Shown: one piece after another, positions 11,886 through 25,800 of the stretch | Position numbering within the stretch: position 1 is the stretch's first letter | How the letters are laid out: each line of letters begins with the position of its first letter | NCBI GenBank assembly: GCA_964016885.1 | Contig: OZ024745.1 | Coordinates: 14,322,001-14,386,000, forward strand | Length of the DNA stretch: 64,000 nt | Source: Eledone cirrhosa | Lineage: Eukaryota | Direction: 5' to 3' | The notes under the pieces: model-generated | Told to the model about the DNA's origin: nothing | What the model saw: the letters and a program-made list of their open reading frames with translations, nothing else | The model's database searches: none | Position numbers and translations under genes: made by a program

Positions 11886-13770
11886 CGTTATATTGAGCAT
11901 AAACAGCAACCAACAACCCCGTTCTATTGAGCATAAGCAGCAACCAACAGCCCCTTTCTATTGAGCATAAACAGCAACCAACAACCCCGTTATATTGAGC
12001 ATAAGCAGCAACCAACAACCCCGTTATATTGAGCATAAACAGCAACCAACAACCCCGTTATATTGAGCATAAACAGCAACCAACAGCCCCGTTATATTGA
12101 GCATAAACAGCAACCAACAGCCCCTTTCTATTGAGCATAAACAGCAACCAACAACCCCGTTATATTGAGCATAAACAGCAACCAACAACCCCGTTATATT
12201 GAGCATAAACAGCAACCAACAATCTCGTTATATTGAGCATAAACAGCAACCAACAGCCCCTTTCTATTGAGCATAAACAGCAACCAACAATCTCGTTATA
12301 TTGAGCATAAGCAGCAACCAACAGCCCCTTTCTATTGAGCATAAACAGCAACCAACAACCCCGTTATATTGAGCATAAACAGCAACCAACAACCCCTTTC
12401 TATTGAGCATAAACAGCAACCAACAACCCCGTTATATTGAGCATAAACAGCAACCAACAACCCCGTTATATTGAGCATAAACAGCAACCAACAACCCCTT
12501 TCTATTGAGCATAAACAGCAACCAACAATCTCGTTATATTGAGCATAAACAGCAACCAACAACCCCGTTATATTGAGCATAAACAGCAACCAACAATCTC
12601 GTTATATTGAGCATAAGCAGCAACCAACAGCCCCTTTCTATTGAGCATAAACAGCAACCAACAACCCCTTTCTATTGAGCATAAACAGCAACCAACAACC
12701 CCGTTATATTGAGCATAAACAGCAACCAACAACCCCGTTATATTGAGCATAAACAGCAACCAACAACCCCGTTATATTGAGCATAAACAGCAACCAACAA
12801 TCTCGTTATATTGAGCATAAGCAGCAACCAACAGCCCCTTTCTATTGAGCATAAACAGCAACCAACAACCCCGTTATATTGAGCATAAACAGCAACCAAC
12901 AACCCCGTTATATTGAGCATAAACAGCAACCAACAGCCCCGTTATATTGAGCATAAACAGCAACCAACAACCACGCTATATTGAGCATAAACAGCAACCA
13001 ACAGCCCCGTTATATTGAGCATAAACAGCAACCAACAACCTCGTTATATTGAGCATAAACAGCAACCAACAACCCCGTTATATTGAGCATAAACAGCAAC
13101 CAACAGCCCCGTTCTATTGAGCATAAACAGCAACCAACAACCCCGTTATATTGAGCATAAACAGCAACCAACAGCCCCGTTCTATTGAGCATAAACAGCA
13201 ACCAACAGCCCCGTTCTATTGAGCATAAACAGCAACCAACAGCCCCGTTCTATTGAGCATAAACAGCAACCAACAACCCCATTATATTGAGCAAAAACAG
13301 CAACCAACAGCCCCGTTCTATTGAGCATAAATATCAACCAACAACCCCATTATATTGAGCATAAACAGCAACCAACAACCCCATTATATTGAGCATAAAC
13401 AGCAACCAACAGCCCCTTTCTATTGAGCATAAACAGCAACCAACAACCCCATTATATTGAGCATAAACAGCAACCAACAGCCCCTTTCTATTGAGCATAA
13501 ACAGCAACCAACAACCCCTTTCTATTGAGCATAAACAGCAACCAACAATCTCGTTATATTGAGCATAAACAGCAACCAACAACCCCGTTATATTGAGCAT
13601 AAACAGCAACCAACAATCTCGTTATATTGAGCATAAGCAGCAACCAACAGCCCCTTTCTATTGAGCATAAACAGCAACCAACAACCCCTTTCTATTGAGC
13701 ATAAACAGCAACCAACAACCCCGTTATATTGAGCATAAACAGCAACCAACAACCCCGTTATAAACAGCAA
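11882..13770. repeat. 34-bp minisatellite array 1 (about 55 units)
   Basis: Unit ttatattgagcataaacagcaaccaacaaccccg with a few recurrent variants; no unique spacers. Confidence 0.97.
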
Positions 13771-15750
13771 TTGAACCCAGAAGGGTCGTAACTCTATACC
13801 ACGAAGCATGGTGTTCGACGCTCTACTATACTGTCAATCAGCCATGCTGGTCTCTCTTAATAATTATTTCTAATATAGACACGAGCGCAGCAATTTTGGC
13901 GGAGGGGAAAGTCGAGTAAATCGGCCCCAGTGCATTACTGGTGTTTTATTTTATTGACCCCTTAAGGGTGAAAGGCAAAGCTAACCTCGGCGGGATTTAA
14001 ACTCTTTGCTGCGAAGCATGGAGTTCGACACTCTACCGATACACCCATTCTTTCTCCCCAGAATAGCAAATCTCTGGAACTTCCTTCCCATCAATATATT
14101 TCCTGTAATATCTGATTTAAAAACCCCCGTTATATTGAGCATAAACAGCAACCAACAACCCCGTTCTATTGAGCATAAGCAGCAACCAACAGCCCCTTTC
14201 TATTGAGCATAAACAGCAACCAACAACCCCGTTATATTGAGCATAAGCAGCAACCAACAACCCCGTTATATTGAGCATAAACAGCAACCAACAAACACGT
14301 TATATTGAGCATAAACAGCAACCAACAGCCGCGTTATATTGAGCATAAACAGCAACCAACAGCCCCTTTCTATTGAGCATAAACAGCAACCAACAACCCC
14401 GTTATATTGAGCATAAACAGCAACCAACAACCCCGTTATATTGAGCATAAACAGCAACCAACAATCTCGTTATATTGAGCATAAACAGCAACCAACAGCC
14501 CCTTTCTATTGAGCATAAACAGCAACCAACAATCTCGTTATATTGAGCATAAGCAGCAACCAACAGCCCCTTTCTATTGAGCATAAACAGCAACCAACAA
14601 CCCCGTTATATTGAGCATAAACAGCAACCAACAACCCCTTTCTATTGAGCATAAACAGCAACCAACAACCCCGTTATATTGAGCATAAACAGCAACCAAC
14701 AACCCCGTTATATTGAGCATAAACAGCAACCAACAACCCCTTTCTATTGAGCATAAACAGCAACCAACAATCTCGTTATATTGAGCATAAACAGCAACCA
14801 ACAACCCCGTTATATTGAGCATAAACAGCAACCAACAATCTCGTTATATTGAGCATAAGCAGCAACCAACAGCCCCTTTCTATTGAGCATAAACAGCAAC
14901 CAACAACCCCTTTCTATTGAGCATAAACAGCAACCAACAACCCCGTTATATTGAGCATAAACAGCAACCAACAACCCCGTTATATTGAGCATAAACAGCA
15001 ACCAACAACCCCGTTATATTGAGCATAAACAGCAACCAACAATCTCGTTATATTGAGCATAAGCAGCAACCAACAGCCCCTTTCTATTGAGCATAAACAG
15101 CAACCAACAACCCCGTTATATTGAGCATAAACAGCAACCAACAACCCCGTTATATTGAGCATAAACAGCAACCAACAGCCCCGTTATATTGAGCATAAAC
15201 AGCAACCAACAACCACGCTATATTGAGCATAAACAGCAACCAACAGCCCCGTTATATTGAGCATAAACAGCAACCAACAACCTCGTTATATTGAGCATAA
15301 ACAGCAACCAACAACCCCGTTATATTGAGCATAAACAGCAACCAACAGCCCCGTTCTATTGAGCATAAACAGCAACCAACAACCCCGTTATATTGAGCAT
15401 AAACAGCAACCAACAGCCCCGTTCTATTGAGCATAAACAGCAACCAACAGCCCCGTTCTATTGAGCATAAACAGCAACCAACAGCCCCGTTCTATTGAGC
15501 ATAAACAGCAACCAACAACCCCATTATATTGAGCAAAAACAGCAACCAACAGCCCCGTTCTATTGAGCATAAATATCAACCAACAACCCCATTATATTGA
15601 GCATAAACAGCAACCAACAACCCCATTATATTGAGCATAAACAGCAACCAACAGCCCCTTTCTATTGAGCATAAACAGCAACCAACAACCCCATTATATT
15701 GAGCATAAACAGCAACCAACAGCCCCTTTCTATTGAGCATAAACAGCAAC
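13771..15750. repeat. Second copy of a 2242-bp tandem duplication (first copy starts at 11529)
   Basis: SINE pieces, the LINE remnant and the minisatellite variant order all repeat at a constant offset of 2242 (ORFs 11764/14006 and 13010/15252). Confidence 0.92.
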
Positions 15751-15928
15751 CAACAACCCCGTTATATTGAGCATAAACAGCAACCAACAACCCCGTTATA
15801 TTGAGCATAAACAGCAACCAACAACCCCGTTATATTGAGCATAAACAGCAACCAACAGCCCCGTTCTATTGAGCATAAACAGCAACCAACAACCACGTTA
15901 TATTGAGCATAAACAGCAACCAACAGCA
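14124..15928. repeat. 34-bp minisatellite array 2 (about 53 units)
   Basis: Same unit as array 1. Confidence 0.97.
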
Positions 15929-16034
15929 ATGTCATTGTCACAGAGGGATAGCCAATGTCAAAGACACTGTTCCATCCCGTCAGTAATAATATTAAACAGA
16001 GACAATTAAAGGCTAATCAAGTATTATATCATAA

Positions 16035-16560
16035 TTGTTTCTACTTTAGGCACAAGGCCAGCAATTACCCAGTACATTACTGGTACTTTATTTTATCAAC
16101 CCCGTAAGGATGAAAGGCAAAGTTAACCTCGACGGGATTTCAACTCAGACCGTAATGGGACGTAACTATGCTAGAAAGCATGGCGTCCGACCCGATACTG
16201 CCAATTCACCGCCCTAACATAATACAACCATATTCTAGACTGGCTGTCACGTTTCTGGGGGTGTTTATAATCTTCCAACGAGAGAATTGTGACAAAACCC
16301 TCGAAAAGATTCCTTCAAACGTTAGCAATCTTGTATGTTGGAATAAGTAACGGTTTCTGGTTTAGGCCGACAATTGTGGGGGAGGGGGAAATCAATTTAA
16401 TCGACCCCAGTGCGTTACTGGTTCTTTATTTTATCGACCCCGTAAGGATGAAAGGCAAAGCTAACCTTGGCGGTATTTGAACTCAGAATATAAATGGCCG
16501 TAACTCTATGCTATGAAGCATGTTGTCCGACGCTCTACCAATTCTGCCAACCCACCGCTC
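16035..16560 (-). mobile_element. Two SINE family 1 copies (about 16035-16215 and 16350-16560)
   Basis: Family consensus, including reverse-strand A and B boxes (ctgccaa, tttgaactc). Confidence 0.88.
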
Positions 16561-18412
16561 CTTGGAATAAATAATAAAAAGTACGAATACATTTTACTGA
16601 TTTCTATTACCAAGAATCTAATGAATTTTGATGACAAATCCGGCATCAAATAGATATAATTCGATTTAAAGTTAATGCTAAATTTCGTTTCCATAATCTA
16701 AGGAAAATAACGAATGAATTATATTTCATATTTAATTTTGAAATATGTTTTGGTTGTTTAACGCAGAATGAAAGAAATATACGGACACAGAAAATCAGGC
16801 ATAATATTCTAAATACTTCCATGTTTTTCGCTGACAAAATATACAAGATAACTAAACAATTACTTTTACATGTTTGTTTTGAAAAGTTAATAAACTTTTA
16901 TGTCTGTTAGTCTTTTGCAAAACAAAAATAAAATGAAAAAAATAATAGTAAACAACATAAAGAACATTAATGAAATGTCAAAGGCAGATTTTGGAAATGG
17001 TGTGTGTAAATAAAAGATGAAAAAAAAACGTGTAATACTGATTAACATTTCCATGTAAACAATTACAAAATTATTATTTTTTAAAAAGACAGTGCCGTAT
17101 AACTTTCTATTCTCAAACTTCTTCGATTGATTTCAGAAATTTAAAATTCAATCAATATTTTATTTATTCCGCATTGATTTTCATTAAAAGCACAGCATTT
17201 CCAAATCTGTTGACATTAGTGTTCAATAAAAGCCACATCAATGTGCTTTTGAAATCTCTTCAACCGGTGTGTTACAGCAGATATTAATCCAAAATGAAAT
17301 ACCCTCTTGTTTAATTTTTCAATAGAAATGAGCTCACTATAAAATTTCATCTGTCTCTCTCTCTCTCTCTCCTCCACCATCGTCTTATATAGTTTTGTTT
17401 TTAGTCTTGAAATAACTATTTTCTGTGAAAATGTGTGAATACATACAATGTTACTATTTTTCTCCCCCGAAAGACTTATTCACACCCTAGGCAATAATCA
17501 TTATTAGTATTTAGTTTGGTTCTTGCTATTTTTATACCAATGTTTTGTCACTGAAGTACGTGAGAATAATATCAATATGAAATGAACTATTGATTAAATG
17601 CTCCCCAAAATATTGGAAAAGAAATAAGATGTAGAATTATTTTGCAAAAGATTATTTGTGCATTTTACTTTGCTTGATAGAATAATGGAAACAAAAAATG
17701 AATAGAATTGTAAAGCCATAAAAATGTTATATTATTATTGTTTCCGAGAAGTATTTTGGCTTTCAAATACAAAATAGGCATAAAAAGATGAAAGAAGAAA
17801 AAAATCATTAAAATCTTCATCCAGCTTCTTACACCTGCTGTACAATGCTGACGTATTTTCTTTTTTCCTAAAGGCTCTTCTTGGTTTTCATATTAAAATA
17901 ATAGTGTTAGTCGATAATGAAACTGAAATAATTGTTCAAGTTGAAAATTACTTCAGTTATTTCTATATCTTGAATCGAATCAGAAAAAGAAACAATTTAT
18001 TCAATCCCGCGTTTATCAGGTTTGTTTCTGAAATGAACAAATATCAATATTCCTGCCGGCATGTTAAGTAATCGAACATCATTATGAAGCAAAATATCTG
18101 CCAAGAGGAAGCCGGAAGTTCAAAGATCAAACTGTATGATTGATAGAATGTATTTCGAAATGTTACAGCTTATGTTATATTTATTGATTATTTTTGACAA
18201 CATTTTCATAACAGATATATCTTAAGGGTTACAGAGACTGAAAATAATTATAATGAAATCTGACGTTAATTTTGCTGATCTATATTTAAGGAAGTCTGGA
18301 TTGCTTGCAATGTAATAGCCTATTATATCCTACATTTAATGTAGTTTATCTGACTGAATGTAGGAGATTTATTCTCGAATGTTTATTATTATTATTATTA
18401 CATACTATTAGA

Positions 18413-18507
18413 AGGGTGGTGGATTGGCAGTATCGGTAGAGCGTCGCTTCGGACAACATGCTGTGCGGCGTATAACTACGTCCCTTTACGTTCTGAGTTC
18501 AAATCCC
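18413..18507 (+). mobile_element. SINE family 1 tRNA-like head only
   Basis: gggtggtggattggcagtatcggtagag...ctgagttcaaatcc. Confidence 0.8.
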
Positions 18508-19769
18508 TTTTTCTCGTACATGGGTGGCTCGAACATGACATTTCAGCGCTGCCAAGGACCTATGTTGCAGCGATAGAAAAAAGAAAAGGTTATGCTCACG
18601 CAACACATTTGAAAATCATGTAGATCAAGTGATGTTTATGCTTTAAGCTTTTTCAAGTGAAAAAAGGCCTTGCATTGGACCAATCCCACTCCCTGAACAA
18701 CGGCGACAGGTATCCAAAAAGTATAACCGGTCAACATCATTGGCCGCCATCGAGTCGCATGTTTTACATCAGAGGTTTTCTTCTCCTAGAATGATCTCCT
18801 ATCAAGAACTAGAGGTCTCTCATTCCCATGAGGCTAACGGAGTGCTTAGGCACCAAACCGAGTACTTACATTCATATATACATATATGTATATATACATA
18901 TCTTGGCTAGAAACATAGATCCATGTCTGGGACGTGGTGGGAGAGCAAAATAAACCCCTATTCTATATAAATATAATTTGCTTTATGTTTCACGTATCAT
19001 TACGTTTAAATGTCATTAGATACATTATTGTATTAAAAATTGAATTATTCTATTTCATTGATTCTTTTGCTGTACGTTTCAGGAATAAACGTACCTCACG
19101 CTCTCCCACTCTCGGCGCTTCTTTGTTGTGGAGAATGTTTTTATAGTTACTCAGTCGATGTTGTTGATATTTCCTGACTCTGCCTTTCTATGTTCTTGCT
19201 GAATTACTTGTCTCAGTATCAACACCAATATCTGCGGATGTTGGTTTGAACCACAAAGTCACTCTTGAATTCTTTCGCTGCTTACTGTTAAACTTTCCCA
19301 ACCTTGTTGATGTCAAAAGTGATATGCAGCAATAGCCTCTCCTTGGAATTCTTGCTTCCAATTCTTATGGTCTTCAGCAAGTTAGGCTAAATGTTAAATA
19401 AAGGCATGATCTATCTTCCTAATAAAATTACGAAATCCGTTCTTTGGTACACATCTAAGATGGTGTCCGCTAGGTAACGAGTAAAGGCTTTACACTAGGT
19501 AATATATTAAAACACGACCTTCTATAAATAGGCCTCACTGACGTACTGGTAAAAATAAATCGTGGATCCATACTCGGTGCTAGCAATCAATACAGATATG
19601 ATAGAGAACTTTTCAATCTACAACGACTTAAAACGAAAACAATATTCCTATAATTATGAACTGTGAGCTCCGATACACGGACAACAATGCAGTACTATTG
19701 TAACTGAATTCGATCTACAAACCACTTCTGACGGTAACGCATTTATTCGCGTCTGCGTATATGTATAAG

Positions 19770-19840
<71 letters not shown>

Positions 19841-19864
19841 CGAAAGAAACAAAGACAGTACTCA

Positions 19865-19898
<34 letters not shown>

Positions 19899-20584
19899 TG
19901 TATGTGTGTGTTTATAATATATATATATAACCTGCCTTCTTGACAATAAAGCTAATTAGTAAAGACATGTTTGATTTGATGTTCATTCAAGAAGATTTAA
20001 CAATGAAAATAACTGGAAATTGAATCGGACTGCTAATATCTAATATTATGTTTTAAACTCAAGTATTCCAGGTTTACTTTGCTGATTATAATGAATTTTC
20101 CTTCTTCGTATTTGTTATTTATTTACTTATTTTAATTTTGTGTATACTATCTATGGACGAGAATCTGTCAAAATAATTTTTAGTCTAATTCATCAGTGAA
20201 ATGTTTTAAAACCTTACCTTTTCTACTATATAATACTTTCTTCTGTAATTAATTCAGACAACACATTTCTATGTTTCATAAATTTGACTCAAAAGAAAAG
20301 GTTAAAGTAAAACATTTTATATTGGATGTGTTTGAATTACAGGCTACTAATTTAATGAATGCTCTATATTTTCCTTTTCATTTAGAGGTGAGATATGCAA
20401 GAATGGTGCAGTCGGATATGAGATAGTGGTTAAGAGGAGGAATTGGAGGTTAAGATGTAGGCTTGAGTAACAGATTTATGCTTTATATTATATAAATATA
20501 ACTAGAAAAATATACAACCGTCAGAATTGATTTCGTTAAGTCTATTCATCCCACCCACTGACCCGCCTACCCATCCATCCATGC

Positions 20585-20656
<72 letters not shown>

Positions 20657-20666
20657 GTCTATCTCT
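20585..20666. repeat. (TCTA)n microsatellite just upstream of Tx1 copy B
   Basis: About 20 ATCT units. Confidence 0.97.
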
Positions 20667-20903
20667 CCATAATCTAGCTGTTGTCTGTTCTACAGCGTAG
20701 ATGTAATTCACTTCGCGCAGAAGTTTTGTTCAAATTTATTGCGGAAATTTTGTAAGTTCAATTTTAATTTTGATACTATTGTGTAGCTTGACCCCCCGTC
20801 TGAACTATCAGGCGGTGGGTCAGCTCATCTTTACCCCTCCTAGGGGTGAAAAACCTGTTTTTAAAAATTTTGTGGCATAAAAAATTTCAATCGTCTGACA
20901 GGA

Positions 20904-22807
20904 ATGTTAAACGAAGCTAACGAAAATAGTGGTGGGGGGACAGCGGTAAGAGTTGTAAGCTCGCACGCTTTAGTCCCCCCTTCCTTCCCAACTAACGTCA
21001 TAGAGAAGGAAAGAAAAAATAAAATAAAAACAGAAGAATCTGCGGAGAAAAATGACGAAAACACAAATCTAGACATGGATTCCAACAACGAAAAAAAAAA
21101 ATTTGAAAAATTGCATGACAATATTAATACCACAAACAAAGACACGACAAACACAAAAATAACATTTGAAAACAACATCATAACAGAAAGCAAAGCAGAC
21201 GACAAAGTCAACACCAATAATATTTCGTTTGCACAAACAACAAAGAAATCTTTGACATATATACCTGAAAATATTTCAGATGTGGCACAAAGAATTGCAG
21301 ACGCCAAACAATACATAACTGAAGGAGAAAATGGTATTTTATCGGTAAAAATGCCTCAAGAACTCACCAAAGACATTGAAAGTCAAACGGTCGTTTTCCG
21401 CACCATCAACAACATTTCTAAAAAACCTGAACAGCCAACTCAAACAGAAATCAAAACAGTACTTACAGAAGTACTTAATGAAACCACTTTCATAAGAAAA
21501 GACAGACTGTATGGAAGCCTAGCGATTATTATGAAGAACGAATCGGCGGCAAAAAAATGTGCTTTGTCACCGATTCGTTCGAAATTTTTTACCTTTTATC
21601 CATCTTATATGGGTAAAAGAACTCAACGCATATGGCTGGATGCAATGATGCCAGATGTGGACTACTGCTGGCTCATAGCTGGCTTCATCGATCCAGCGAA
21701 TGACAACGTGATTTCCATTGGGAAAACCACAGGCAATGCGTTCAGTGGAACAGGTATAGAGCTTGTAGTGCAAATGAAGCCTGAACGCATCGACCAAATA
21801 CCCGACAGAATCCTATTAGAGGGCCACGGGTATATAAACATTAGCGTGGAGGGGAGAAGGCCGTCCTGTCATATCTGTACAGGCAGAGGGCACCTGAAGG
21901 CGGCTTGTCCCCAACTCAACAAAAAGAAAACCCTGCTACCAACACCAGCTCCACCACCACAACAGATAAACAAACAACAAAACTCAGTCCCACCCAACCC
22001 GTCTCTCAGTAAAACTACACCACCACCACAACACAAACAGTCACAACACATTACCCCAAAACAAAATACAGGCCCACCCAACCCCTCACTCAATAAAACA
22101 ACACAACCACCGCAGCCACAACACACAACACAGTCTAACATAGTGACATCCATCTCCCCCACAAAGAAAACCAACACGGAAACATTACCAGCAAACATAC
22201 CTCTTCCCTCCAACACTGAAGATAACCCAACGAATTCGGAGGAAGAAACGGAGTCCTTCAGACAGATTAATAGGAAAAAAAGAAAACATGTGCAAAACAC
22301 ACAAGGCCAAACAACCCCCACCCAAATGTCAACACAATCCAACAAAACACAAAACACCCCTCCAGCAACAAACAAAACAAACCTGCCCCTCCCCTCTTCG
22401 AAACACTCACACCATCCGAAAAAAAGACATTACACTATACTTACATCAACAGAAACAATAATAAATTAAATGAATTCATAAACAATAATCCTTCGGTACA
22501 AACCGAAGGTGTAAACTTTGTTTCTTCAGAAAACTACCCACATTTAAAATTAATAAAGATCCCAATGAACCTCTACCAAAAACTAAAAAAGGATTTTAAG
22601 GAGGACGTAGGACCACCCTCTGTCAAACCCATAAACCGCGTCCTACTAAAAAGCTTTCCCCCTCCCCTTCCCCTCCCCAACACAACTCCAAACACCCCAA
22701 CCCCACCACACACTGACGACCCCACACCACCACAAGACACCCCTTCACCCAACACCCCCGACCCCATGGAAGTCGTGCAACCCGAACCCCGGGAAGCAGA
22801 AAGGTAG
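20904..22807 (+). pseudogene. ORF1 (gag-like nucleic-acid-binding protein) of copy B; interrupted at 22467
   Basis: 521-aa ORF with CHICTGRGHLKAAC (CX2CX4HX4C) and a P/T/Q-rich tail. The C-terminal piece 22565-22807 is homologous to copy C 28448-28759. Confidence 0.88.
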
Positions 22808-22840
22808 GTCTCTACACTCTCCTTTCGCTTTGCCGCCCAC

Positions 22841-25800
22841 ATGGATGTGTTAAGAGTAGGATGTTTGAATGCAGGTGGCCTGGGCTCAACTTGGAAGCAA
22901 GCAAAGCTTCTAAATGACCTCAGGTCATGTGGTATAAATGTAATGGTTATCTGCGAGACTCGGATCAGCGTCGCGCGGCAGCTGGCCCCTACCTTCGATG
23001 ACTTTGAGGTGCATGCATCTCTCTGTCAACCTGGAGGTGGGGTGGGGTTGTCGTACTGCTGCAAAAACACCTGGGTCTTGCCGTACAGGTTGTTCACTCG
23101 GACCCGGAGGGTCGTTTGTTGGTGCTAGACGTTGGCAGTAGTGAAGGTGCGGCCTTGAGACTGGTCGCCGTCTACTCCCCTTTCGGAGCTGAACGGCCCG
23201 ACTTCTTCCAGCGTTTGGAGACTTTTCTGGGAACGTCGGGTTCCCTGCTTCTAGCGGGGGATTGGAATGACATCCTAGATGCACGTTGGGACTATGCGGG
23301 AGCATGTCCTAATAGAGGGGGGTGTAACAGCCTCAAGGGGTTACTCGACCGTTTTAACTTGATCGATAGATATCGACTAGATTTTCCAACTGTGCCTACC
23401 TGGACTTGGACGAACCATAGTGGTCAATCTAGATCGTAGTTAGATAGATTCTTAGTTAGAAGTAAGGATAGGGACATATTAAGCTGTCCAGAAATGCTCA
23501 CGGTTGGCTATACGGATCACAAATTAGTGACCTGCGTAGTCAATCTCGAGAAAACACATAAACAGGGTCCCGGTTACTGGAAACTTAATTTGTCTTTAAC
23601 GGCAAAAGAGACTTACAGAAACCGGATTAGCAGATTAGTTAAGGAGAGGTTGACGGGTGCAATCGTCAACAACCGATGGTGGGCATCTCTCAAAAGAGAG
23701 ATTAGAACAGAATCAATAAGTTATAGCAAGATGTTAGCTGCCGATAGGAATAGAAACGAGAAAGAATTAACAGGTAAATTAGAAGAGGCAATCAAGAGCG
23801 AAGATGTGGCGAGAGTACTGGCACCGAGGACGGCCTTGAACCAGTTTTTCGATGCAAAGCACGAAGGCTGCATCATTCGAAGTAAAATACGTGCTCTAGG
23901 TAATGAGGGGGCCAAAGCCGTTGGCTGGGCCCGCGTGACAGAAGCTAAGAGTGGAAATCGATCCACCATCCGGTCGTTGCAAGACGAGGATGGACGGGTG
24001 ATCCGGGAGCCTAAGCAGATGTGCGAGGCCTTTCAAAGGCACTTTGCCCAATTATTCGGGGGAGGCGAGGGTCCGGCCGGGGACGTGGATTTCGGTCCAT
24101 ACCTCGACGGCCTGCCGCGTCTCTCGAGCGAAGAGGCAGAGTCTTGCGAGGGACCAATCTCGTCTGATGAGATCGGGGATGCGCTGAGCCAATGCAGCAG
24201 ACGCAAATCTCCAGGTCTCGATGGTATACCTTACGAACTTTATTTAGCAATGCCGGTCTTCTTCTCCGAACTCCTCGAAGCGGTCTACTGCAATTGGCAG
24301 CAGAACGGGAGAATTCCTTGTTCTGTAGCCAAGGGCGTAGTCTCGCTGGTGAGGATGGACGAGAACAAGGGGGATAGTATAAATAATTTTCGGCCCAAAC
24401 CCTGCTAAACACAGAGTTAAAGATTTTGGCCAAGGTGTTAGCAAAGAGGTTGGCGCTTGTCGTGGGTAGCCTGGTGGGAGATGCGCAGACATGTGCTATC
24501 CCATCCAGGTCCATTCACGATAACCTCCACCTCATGCGATACATCATAGAGAGGGTTGGCAACAAACCCGGCTTCGGTGGGGGCCCTGATCAACTTGGAT
24601 CAGTCTAAGGCCTTCGATAGGGTCGACCATGGTTACCTGGATGCGGTGCTAGTGGCGGCTGGGTTCGGTCCTGTTTTCAGAGGCTGGATCACTGCCTTAC
24701 ATAGCAACCACATCTGTTCTAGGATCAAGGTGAACGGCTACCTTTCGAAGCCGTTCGAAATCACACGATCCATTCGACAGGGGTGCCCTCTCTCCTCCCT
24801 TCTGTACGTATTGACTCTCAAGCCTTTACTGAGGAAGTTGGAGTTGTTGCAGGGTATCCCCCTGGAACTAGGATTGAGCAAAGCGGTGTCGGCCTACGCC
24901 GATGACGTAACAGTAATGGTATCGACCGACTCGGAGATCGAGGCGATCGGTACCTTACTGGAGGATTACGAAAGGTTGTCAGGAGCGAAACTGAACCGGG
25001 AAAAATCCATCGGGCTGCAACTCGGAACGTGGAGAGGCAGACCGATGCCTCCCGACGGTGTCGTCGGACACTGGACGGAGGGCCCGGTAAAGTTGCTTGG
25101 GGTTTGGTTTGGACCGGACCTCCAGGTGAAAAAGAACTGGGACGAGGTTACGAACAAGGTGTTTGCACTAACCCAGAAATGGGCCAAGTGTAAGCTGTCC
25201 CTAAAAGGCCGGGCGGAGGTGGCGAACATTTACATAGCGTCCGTCACTTACTACCGCCTGACTGTCGTGCCTTGCCCTAAGGAAACACTCACCACCATGG
25301 AACGCATGCTCTTCCAATTTCTTTGGAAGAAGCGCCCTCCTATGGTGAGAAGATCCATCTTCTGCCAACAACCTTCGAAAGGAGGGCTGGGGATGCCGTG
25401 GTTGATGATGCGTAGGCACGCATTAAGGCTACGGCACCTACAGGTATTCCTCACTGGTCAACCGGTGTGGGCTCCGTTCGTGAAACGAGCCTTTCCGAGA
25501 CTCGTCTCGCTCGCCGAGCTGCAGTCCTGGGTCAAGCAAAGATCCGGAAAACTGGGAGACTCGCACACTGAGTGTGCTCAGGCGCTCAGGGCTCTCTGGC
25601 AAGCGGGCCAGGCCATCGGTGGAGAATCCACCTCATCATTCTATAGAGGGCTGGTGGCTAGCAGGGGCGATGACACCCTTGGAGAGTCGCTGGACATGGA
25701 GGAGGACGAACTGGCCAGCCTGTTCGGTAGGACTTTCGGCCCGGGACCAATGGACAACTTCCAGAAGTCACTAGCCTCGCAGTGCTACCGGGGGGCTCTA

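Noticed and set aside
12024-15443. Repeated Cys-rich minus-strand ORFs (GCCLCSI)
   Set aside because: By-products of the 34-bp repeat, whose unit length is not a multiple of 3 and gives periodic stops.
11882-15928. CRISPR-like array with a 34-bp period
   Set aside because: Units are contiguous with no unique spacers, there are no cas genes, and the context is eukaryotic; it is a minisatellite.
18413-18507. tRNA genes at the A/B-box motifs
   Set aside because: No cloverleaf can be formed, and these heads belong to a multi-copy family with SINE bodies and TSDs.
19110-19390. Possible decayed LINE coding fragment on the minus strand
   Set aside because: Only faint motif resemblance with many stops; not supportable without a search.
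21869-22842. Antisense ORFs over the Tx1 ORF1/ORF2 regions
   Set aside because: Shadow frames of C/A-rich or GC-rich coding sequence, with no independent motifs.
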